Below are positions 1 to 6,580 of a DNA stretch of 6,580 nt, one piece after another (the first letter of the stretch is position 1; the number at the start of each line of letters is the position of its first letter). The notes beneath the pieces are model-generated. The model was not told where the DNA came from and made no database searches. It saw nothing but the letters and a program-made list of their open reading frames with translations. Made by a program: the position numbers and the translations under genes. Source of the stretch: Octopus sinensis (Eukaryota); the NCBI RefSeq assembly GCF_006345805.1, contig NW_021829305.1, positions 1 through 6,580 of the forward strand, read 5' to 3'.

Positions 1-24
1 TATATTAGTTGGTAGGTATCAGTG

Positions 25-75
25 AGTGTATGTATGTGTATACGAGCGTGTATGTGTGTGTGTGTGATTAGGTGC

Positions 76-106
<31 letters not shown>
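25..106. repeat. (TG)n / (TGTA)n microsatellite
   Basis: Direct reading; pure TG run at about 77-106. Confidence 0.95.
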
Positions 107-107
<1 letters not shown>

Positions 108-340
108 ACAGAGGCAATCACGCACAGTTCTTCACATACACAAAGCCACATATTCACGTAGAGCGAAAGCAGTTCCATACATACAGATCCAACTCAGATA
201 CATTTAGGCACAGAGACACAGAGGCACACGCATTTATGAACCATTGCAAACATTAACTATTCTGATGAGTTGAATATGTACACTTCCATAGAGTTACCTA
301 GAAATTTGTTATTCATCTTTATATATATATATATATATAT

Positions 341-531
341 TCTTTTATTTGTTTCAGTCATTTGACCGCGGCCATGCTGGAGCAGCGCCTTTTGTCGAGC
401 AAATCGACCCTAGGACTTATTCTTTGTAAGCCTAGTACTTATTCTCTTATACTGAACCGCTAAGTTACGGGGACGTAAGCACACCAGCATCGGTAGTTAA
501 GCAATGTTGAGAGGACAAATACGGACACACA

Positions 532-534
<3 letters not shown>
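341..534 (-). mobile_element. 3' half of a family-A SINE (head missing)
   Basis: The reverse complement (TTTGTCCTCTCAACATTGCTTAACTACCGATGCTGGTGTGCTTACGTCCCCGTAACTTAGCGGTTC) matches 2592-2658 at roughly 80-85%. It is flanked by (TA)n at 320-340 and 535-566. Confidence 0.82.
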
Positions 535-568
<34 letters not shown>

Positions 569-921
569 ATCCTTCTCTAAGAGAAGTCTATCTTGCATCT
601 TACACCATTCTGTATCCACACATTACCAAGCCGTTGTCTATTAGGACAATGATATTAAAGAGTCGCCATCTTTGGCGCTTCAAACTAGTGCAGTATTTAG
701 CCAACTTCACGTACCGGTTTTACCTCTAATCATAGATAGCTGAGGGTCTACTGTCAAAAGAATTTCTCTAAAATTTGTTGAACCAGTTCATATTTTATAT
801 AACAGAATGAACGAAAAAAAGAATCAAGACAAACGTACGAGACGCACCAACGGCCGTTTCTATGTAGAACCGTTTAGAACGCCTTTGAGCTTGAGCAAAA
901 TAATTGGGGTACATCTGGAGC

Positions 922-1274
922 TAAGTTAAGTTAAGTTAAAGTTTTGGCTCAAAAAGCAAAAAGCAAGGCCATGTAGGGGGACATGGAGTTATGTACAGGG
1001 AGGGTGGTCATGCAAAGAGTTCAGGCCATTTCTGGTCAAGAGAGACTTTGAAGTGAACGGTCGTCGGCAACTTCACTATCTCGTCCGGCAGCTTATTCCA
1101 CGGATCCGCAACCCGGACGGAGAAAGCCCCTCTCCTTCGATTGAGATGAAATCGTCGCAGATAGAGCTTTTTGGAATGACCCCGCAGCCGACGCTCTGGA
1201 GCAGGGGTGAAGAACAGCTCTTTCGAGAGGTTACACTTTCCGCTTATGATGTTGTGAGCAAGAATGAGATCACC
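922..1274 (-). mobile_element. 5'-truncated CR1/L2-type LINE 3' end (ORF2 C-terminus, 3'UTR, short tandem-repeat tail)
   Basis: 1274->1008 translates without a stop for 88 aa: GDLILAHNIISGKCNLSKELFFTPAPERRLRGHSKKLYLRRFHLNRRRGAFSVRVADPWNKLPDEIVKLPTTVHFKVSLDQKWPELFA*. This carries the GDLI, RGH..KL, FS.RV...WN.LP and FK..LD motifs typical of CR1/L2-group ORF2 ends. A short 3'UTR and an (AACTT)n-like tail follow at 943->922. Confidence 0.88.
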
Positions 1275-1940
1275 AAGAAATAAATATCTTGGGCCAGTAG
1301 ATATCGAGGCACATCACATGAAGGTGTAAACAATAACAGGTATATATTGGATTGAAAATTCGAACGTTATCAATGCATTTCGAAGCCACATCGCCTTTAG
1401 ACATGACAGATGTTCCACCATCGGACCAAATGATTCCTTCGAGTTTCTCTATCAATTTTAGAAACATTATTCGTACCAGCGTTTGTTTAATATACAAGGG
1501 ATTCTAATGTGAGATACTATTAGTTTCATGCCTCAGAATGTACACTTATCGAACAGCTCTTTCGAGAGGTTACACTTTCCGCTTATGATGTTGTGAGCGA
1601 GAATGAGACCACCAAAAAATAAATATCTTGGGCCAGTAGATATCGAGGCTCATCTGTTGAAGGTGTATACAATTACAGGTACATATTGGATTGAAAATTC
1701 GGACGTTATCAATGCATTTTGAAGCCACATCACCTTTAAACGTGACAGACGTTCCACCATCGGACCAAATGATTCCTTCGAGTTTCTCTATCAATTTTAG
1801 AAACATTATTCGTACCAGCGTTTGTTTAATATACAAGGGATTCTAATGTGAGATACTATTAGTTTCATGCCTCAGAATGTACACTTATCGAACAGCTCTT
1901 TCGAGAGGTTTTTTCACTTTCCGCTTATGATGTTGTGAGC
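1212..1940. repeat. Tandem duplication, 339-bp unit, about 2.15 copies
   Basis: GAACAGCTCTTTCGAGAGGTT starts at 1212, 1551 and 1890. Copies 1 and 2 align without gaps with 16 substitutions by manual count. The third partial copy ends at 1940. Confidence 0.97.
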
Positions 1941-2006
1941 TAAGCAATAATAATAAAGAAAAACTATTAGGTGTTACATTTCGGGTCACGTTTAATTTTT
2001 ACGTAC

Positions 2007-2266
2007 CTGCGTTGGAGTCAAATTTATCATACTGGCAAGATGCTCCCGTTCGGGCGCCGATAAGTATTTCTGCTGTTTAAACCGGCGTTCCAATTCATAT
2101 ACTTGTGCTTGAGAAAATAACACTCTTCGTTTACGTCGTTGCGTGATGGGGAACTGGACACCGGGTGGTTTCTGGTCTAAACCACCCAACGCTGACATGT
2201 TTACATGATTCATGGACGACTGCATAGGTGACATTGCACACGAACTGGTGCCCATAAGCCGCGAGA
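2007..2266 (-). CDS. NKX2-1: Internal coding exon of an NK2.1-family homeobox transcription factor (linker + homeodomain residues 1-44)
   Basis: Minus-strand translation is (x)[86 protein letters not shown]. The homeodomain part (2138->2007) matches recalled human NKX2-1 at 43/44 positions (N for H at 39) and has NK2.1 rather than NK2.2 residues (SQAQVY, KQQKY, ASM). Acceptor is TATTTATTTTCAG| (AG at 2268-2267), phase 1; donor is CAG|GTACGT (GT at 2006-2005), phase 0. Length 260 = 2 + 86 codons. Confidence 0.96.
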
Positions 2267-2312
2267 CTGAAAATAAATATCGCCAAATATGAGTCAAGAA
2301 TTGAGTTAAATC

Positions 2313-2316
2313 AATG

Positions 2317-2351
<35 letters not shown>
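2313..2351. repeat. (AAT)n microsatellite
   Basis: Direct reading; about 45 nt upstream of the exon acceptor. Confidence 0.95.
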
Positions 2352-2352
<1 letters not shown>

Positions 2353-2355
2353 TGT

Positions 2356-2524
2356 AGGAGGAGTGGCTGTGTGGTAAGTAGCTTGCTTACCAACCACATG
2401 GTTCCGGGTTCAGTCCCACTGCGTGGCATCTTGGGCAAGTGTCTTCTGCTATAGCCTCGGGCCGACCAATGCCTTGTGAATGGATTTGGTTGACGGAAAC
2501 TGAAAGAAGCCTGTCGTATATATG

Positions 2525-2578
<54 letters not shown>

Positions 2579-2678
2579 GTGTGTGTGTGTTTTTTGTCCA
2601 CCTAGCATCGCTTGACAACCGATGCTGGTGTGTTTACGTCCCCGTAACATAGCGGTTCGGCAAAAGAGTCCGATAGAA
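2356..2678 (+). mobile_element. tRNA-derived SINE (family A here; resembles abundant octopus SINEs), 3'-truncated, with internal (TA)n/(TG)n
   Basis: A-box-like TGGCTGTGTGG at 2364-2374 and B-box-like GGTTCAGTCCC at 2407-2417. Internal microsatellite at about 2517-2590. The segment ~2590-2665 aligns with the reverse complement of ~452-520. Confidence 0.85.
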
Positions 2679-2731
2679 ATACCGCTTTGGATTTTGCCCG
2701 GTGTGCGAACGTTTTAAGCCAGCTCGCCGCC

Positions 2732-2735
<4 letters not shown>
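2679..2735 (-). mobile_element. 5' head fragment of a family-B SINE
   Basis: The reverse complement AGGCGGCGAGCTGGCTTAAAACGTTCGCACACCGGGCAAAATCCAAAGCGGTATTT aligns with 3912-3966. Confidence 0.75.
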
Positions 2736-2767
<32 letters not shown>

Positions 2768-2887
2768 TAAAATAATAAATAATAATAATAATATTAATAA
2801 TAATAATAACGATGATGATAATAATAATAATATAATAATAATAATAATAAATAATAATAATAATAATATATAATAACGATGATGATG

Positions 2888-2955
<68 letters not shown>

Positions 2956-2998
2956 GATGATGATAATAACGATGATGATAATAACATGATAATGAAGA
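2736..2998. repeat. Long (AAT)n microsatellite with (GAT)n interruptions
   Basis: Direct reading; recurring AACGATGATGAT interruptions. Confidence 0.95.
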
Positions 2999-3039
2999 TG
3001 ACTGTAGAATGTAAGTATCATAGGGTTTTTCCCTCAATG

Positions 3040-3372
3040 ATTGACCAAACTATTGAAGCGAGAAGACCAGATATGGTGATTAAGGATTAAAAAACTAAAC
3101 AAACGTTGTAAGATCATAAATTCTGCAATTTTCTATGTTAATAGAGTCGCTACCAAAGAAATTGAAAAAAACTGAGAAATCTCTTGATCTAGCCAAAAAC
3201 CTGATGGGAACTGCGGAAGTCTAAGACTACAATTATTCCTGTGGTAATTGGTGGAGTTGGCACAGCATCCAAAATGCTATCTAACAGACTGGAAGAAATT
3301 GGAATTGAATTTTGCTTTGTTGGCCTGCAAAAATGTACCATCCTATATTCTGTAAAAATTCTAAGGAAGATT
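3040..3372 (+). mobile_element. Decayed restriction-like-endonuclease (RLE) domain of an R4/Dong- or NeSL/CRE-type non-LTR retrotransposon
   Basis: Frameshifted translation gives IDQTIEARRPDMVIKD* / CKIINSAIFYVNRVATKEIEK / KTTIIPVVIGGVGTASKMLSNRLEEIGIE...LQKCTILYSVKILRKI. This resembles the RPD...IIDxAxP...KExEK..KY...IPxVIGALG...LQK...ILRK C-terminus of RLE-bearing elements. It contains stops and frameshifts. Confidence 0.8.
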
Positions 3373-3424
3373 CCAGCGATTTCAGATTTTAGAGCATTAA
3401 AAAGTAATATAGACCCGTGTTCCT

Positions 3425-3820
3425 ACATGACCTTCCAAGCGGGGCCCAGTCAGAATTTTCTTCAAGTTAAGTAGCCCATCGTGCTCAAAAGGTCCCTAAA
3501 TAAAGCTTGTTTAAGGATGATGGACGAAACACCCATGTTTCCAGAGGTGAATTATTGAAACCCCAAAGAATCCCTCTCAACACATGGCTATGATGCTCCC
3601 CCACTACTTCTGCTCGTGATCAGAGGTGCACATATCGTCAGCTACCAAGGGACATGCTCAACTGGTTAAGGTCAAACAACTGACAAGCAAATCTGTGGTA
3701 TTGAGCAGAATATTTGCTGTAGCCCATCTTTTATACCAAGACAAAACAATGTACATGATAACACTTCCAATGAGTTAAGATCAGAAGCCATGAGAGCCAC
3801 TGCCTGGTACTGCATCAGAG

Positions 3821-3821
<1 letters not shown>
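3425..3821. mobile_element. Unclassified interspersed repeat (family C), copy 1
   Basis: 3518-3815 aligns with 5480-5777 at roughly 90% in direct orientation. Extension to ~3425 is inferred from composition and recollection, not from in-window alignment. It is followed by (ATT)n. Confidence 0.8.
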
Positions 3822-3882
<61 letters not shown>

Positions 3883-3910
3883 TATTATTATTATTGTTGT
3901 TGTTGTTGTT
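3822..3910. repeat. (ATT)n grading to (GTT)n
   Basis: Direct reading. Confidence 0.95.
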
Positions 3911-3911
3911 T

Positions 3912-4127
3912 AGGAAGCGAGCTGTCAGAATCGTTAGCACGCCGGGTGAAATGCTTAGCGGTATTTCGTCTGTCTTTACGTTCTGAATTCAAATTCAGCC
4001 GCGGTCGACTTTGTCTTTCATCCTTTCGAGGTCGATAAATTAAGTACAAGTGAAACACTGCAATTGATGTTATCGACTAGCTCCCTGCACACAAAACTGA
4101 GGTCCTGTGCCTCCAGTAGAAAGGATT
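3912..4127 (+). mobile_element. tRNA-derived SINE (family B here), apparently full length, in (TTA)n
   Basis: GC-rich head AGGAAGCGAGCTGTCAGAATCGTTAGCACGCCGGG, B-box-like GAATTCAAATTC at 3985-3996, ending AGTAGAAAGGATT followed by (ATT)n. The head matches the reverse complement of 2679-2735. Confidence 0.8.
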
Positions 4128-4167
4128 GTTATTATTATTATTATTATCATTATTATTATTATTATTA

Positions 4168-4256
<89 letters not shown>

Positions 4257-4258
4257 AT
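4128..4258. repeat. (ATT)n with (ATC) variants
   Basis: Direct reading; tail of the family-B SINE. Confidence 0.95.
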
Positions 4259-4368
4259 CAGAAAGGATAAGGAATACAAAGTGTCCCCGAAGGAATTTGA
4301 GTCCAGAATAAGAAAGGGACATTACCATATAAGGTGTTCATTACTATCACTCCACTCACTTCCGCTTG
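4255..4368 (-). mobile_element. Old, diverged family-B-like SINE fragment
   Basis: The reverse complement TTCTGGACTCAAATTCCTTCGGGGACACTTTGTATTCCTTATCCTTTCTGATAA resembles TTCTGAATTCAAATTCAGCCGCGGTCGACTTTGTCTTTCATCCTTTCGAGGTCGATAA (3981-4038). Similarity beyond ~4310 is weak. Confidence 0.5.
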
Positions 4369-4409
4369 AACCATCTCCAGTAACAACCATTGACAATAAA
4401 CAAACAAAG

Positions 4410-4585
4410 ATATATATATATATATAGATATATATATATATATATATATATACATACATACATATACATATATATATACATATACACATATCCACACATT
4501 TACATATATATATATATATATGCATATACCATATAATTTACATATATATATACACACATAATATATATTACACATATACATATAT

Positions 4586-4639
<54 letters not shown>

Positions 4640-4668
4640 TATATATTATATTATATATATATATATAT
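4410..4668. repeat. Compound (TA)n/(CA)n/(TACA)n microsatellite
   Basis: Direct reading. Confidence 0.95.
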
Positions 4669-4884
4669 TGGAATGTTTAGAGATGATGTACATGTATTAT
4701 ATATTAGAAGAAATGAGGTATCAGAAGATCGGATGGTTTATATTTACAGATATTTATTTATATATTACATTTTTTATATATATATCATATCACTTAGATC
4801 ATTAGCACTTTCTCCCTTTCTAGTGGGGTTTTCAAATCAAAATAATTCCTTATATATATACACACACATATATATATACACATA

Positions 4885-4996
4885 TGGCCTGCTCGCTTAA
4901 CCAGCGGGGTGGCATCATTTGAAGGCTAAAACAATGCGAAGCGCATTGTGACCAGCGATGTGTCGCAACATCTGATAGCCTGGTCGATCACGGTGA
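4885..4996. mobile_element. Probable short interspersed-repeat fragment
   Basis: A ~110-bp GC-rich island sharply bounded by (TA)/(CA) repeats. It resembles repeat sequence I recall from octopus DNA; there is no second copy in the window. Confidence 0.4.
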
Positions 4997-5023
4997 TATA
5001 TACACATATATCAAAAAACTGCT

Positions 5024-5052
5024 ACAAGAACAGCAACAACAACAACAACAAC
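5024..5052. repeat. (AAC)n microsatellite
   Basis: Direct reading. Confidence 0.9.
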
Positions 5053-5223
5053 GATAAAAACGAAAAATCAACAATTTTATATAACATTTATATCTGGAAT
5101 AACATTAAATACATAAAAATGAATGCGTAACAAAAGACAAAAATAAAATTGACCATGCCTCCGCCATTACTGCAAAGCATTCACGCAACGTGAAATCGGA
5201 AGCACTTAATATGTCACACACAC

Positions 5224-5271
5224 CTTCTTCTTCGATCCATGTTGGATAACTCCGGCAGTTCTGGACGAAAT
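5224..5271 (-). CDS. Candidate 48-nt cassette exon of the NK2.1 gene (phase 1-1 reading xFVQNCRSYPTWIEEE)
   Basis: Minus strand reads TTCTGAC (branch-point consensus, A about 29 nt upstream of the junction), then ATTCGTTTCCATTTCATTATTCCACAG| with no earlier AG, then 48 nt, then AAG|GTGTGT. The length is a multiple of 3 and has no stops. It lies in a non-repetitive island between microsatellites. No homology evidence. Confidence 0.5.
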
Positions 5272-5345
5272 CTGTGGAATAATGAAATGGAAACGAATGT
5301 CAGAATATTATAGAATTCCCACCGTCTACGTACACATTGAATTAA

Positions 5346-5414
5346 TCATTATTATTATTATTATTATTATATTATTATTATTATTATTATTATGCAAAAA
5401 ATTACTACTAATTA

Positions 5415-5479
<65 letters not shown>
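5346..5479. repeat. (ATT)n microsatellite, interrupted
   Basis: Direct reading. Confidence 0.95.
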
Positions 5480-5777
5480 TGTTGAATGAAACACCTATGT
5501 TTCCAGAGGTGAATTATTCAAACCCCAAGGAATCCCTATCAGCACACGGCTATGATGCTCCCCCACTACTTCTGCTCATGATCAGAGGTGCACATATCAT
5601 CATCCCCTAAGGGACATGCTCAACTGGTTAAGTCAACAACTGACAAGTAAATCTGTGGTATTGAGCAGATATTTTGCTGTAGCCCAATCTTTTATAACAA
5701 GACAACACAATGTACATGATAACACTTTCCAATGAGTTAAGATCAGAAGCAATGAGAGCCACTGCCTGGTACTGCAT
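5480..5777. mobile_element. Unclassified interspersed repeat (family C), copy 2
   Basis: Direct ~298-bp match to 3518-3815, with (ATT)n arrays on both sides. Confidence 0.82.
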
Positions 5778-5783
5778 ATTATG

Positions 5784-5859
<76 letters not shown>

Positions 5860-5869
5860 TATATTATTC

Positions 5870-5905
<36 letters not shown>
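5778..5905. repeat. (ATT)n microsatellite
   Basis: Direct reading. Confidence 0.95.
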
Positions 5906-5907
<2 letters not shown>

Positions 5908-6034
5908 ATTCTTATTATATTCATTTCCAACCCACCAAGTTGCACAATTTTACTTGTGTTAAAATTAGTAGGGCGTAGATTTCTTTAAAATAATTATTAG
6001 AGCAAGTTAAATATTTCAAATATTAATTATAACC

Positions 6035-6580
6035 TCAATAATGATAATAGTAATAATAACGATGATAATAATAAAGATAATAATATTAATAATAGTAATA
6101 ACAAACAATACTTATAATGATGACATAAAGAACAACGATGATGATGATAGTGGTTGTGGTGGTTGTGGTGGTAGTGGTAGTGATGATGACGGTGACGATG
6201 GTGAGGTTGTTGATGGATAGGAGGAGGAGGAAGAGGAGGTGAGGAAAGGGAGGAACAGCACAATTGATACGATGATGATGATGACGACGACGATGATGAC
6301 AATGAAACAGACGTTGATGTTGAAGATAATGAGGAGGAAGAGAAGGTGGAGGAGGAGGAGGCGGAGGAGGTGGAGGAAGAGGACGCAGAGGGAGAAGATA
6401 ATTGGTACGTTGATGCTGCTACTGCTGCTGCTACTGCTGCTGCTACTGCTAATGATGGTGATGATGATCATGCTTTTGACAATGGCTGTTATGATAACGA
6501 CGATGAAGAATAGGAAGTTTATGAAGATGATGATGATGATGGCGGTGATAATTGTCATACTGGGACTAATGAGGATAATG
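6035..6580. repeat. Compound degenerate trinucleotide low-complexity tract (AAT/GAT/GGT/GAG/CTG-CTA)
   Basis: Successive blocks of different triplet repeats with short non-repeat spacers. Confidence 0.9.

Noticed and set aside
1053-1283. 76-aa plus-strand ORF
   Set aside because: It is the antisense shadow of the LINE ORF2 fragment.
1270-1836. Two similar minus-strand ORFs (75 and 88 aa) as duplicated small genes
   Set aside because: They arise from the 339-bp tandem repeat, have no recognisable domain and have different stop positions.
1212-1940. CRISPR-like array
   Set aside because: Eukaryotic context, 339-bp whole-unit duplication and no unique spacers.
1-2000. Third NK2.1 exon (VKIWFQNHRYK)
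   Set aside because: No matching codons found on the minus strand; it presumably lies beyond the window edge.
2356-2430. tRNA gene
   Set aside because: A and B boxes are present but the sequence continues as SINE body and I cannot build a convincing cloverleaf.
1992-2438. 148-aa ORF as a complete single-exon gene
   Set aside because: Its N-terminus comes from SINE and (TAT)n sequence (poly-Ile) and it ends at a splice donor before helix 3; only 2266-2007 is exon.
2634-3037. Poly-Leu/Ile/Tyr ORFs (also 3790-4605, 5282-5610, 6027-6558 and 22-207)
   Set aside because: They are translations of trinucleotide or dinucleotide microsatellites that lack stop codons in some frames.
3241-3474. 77-aa ORF as a host gene
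   Set aside because: It is the last intact frame of the decayed RLE retrotransposon.

Overview
AT-rich, microsatellite-dense eukaryotic genomic DNA; the repeat content suggests an octopus/coleoid cephalopod (inference). The window lies inside an NK2.1 (NKX2-1/scarecrow-type) homeobox gene on the minus strand. One clear 260-nt coding exon (2266->2007) encodes the linker and homeodomain residues 1-44; I found neither the upstream coding exon nor the helix-3 exon in the window. The introns contain a CR1/L2-type LINE 3' end, a 339-bp tandem duplication that includes part of that LINE, a decayed RLE-type (R4/Dong-like) retrotransposon fragment, several tRNA-derived SINEs, two copies of a ~300-bp unclassified repeat and many simple repeats. 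The most notable unexplained signal is a candidate 48-nt, frame-preserving exon (5271->5224) with good branch-point, acceptor and donor signals, which could add 16 aa just before the conserved SRLMG motif. Most ORF-track entries are microsatellite artefacts.
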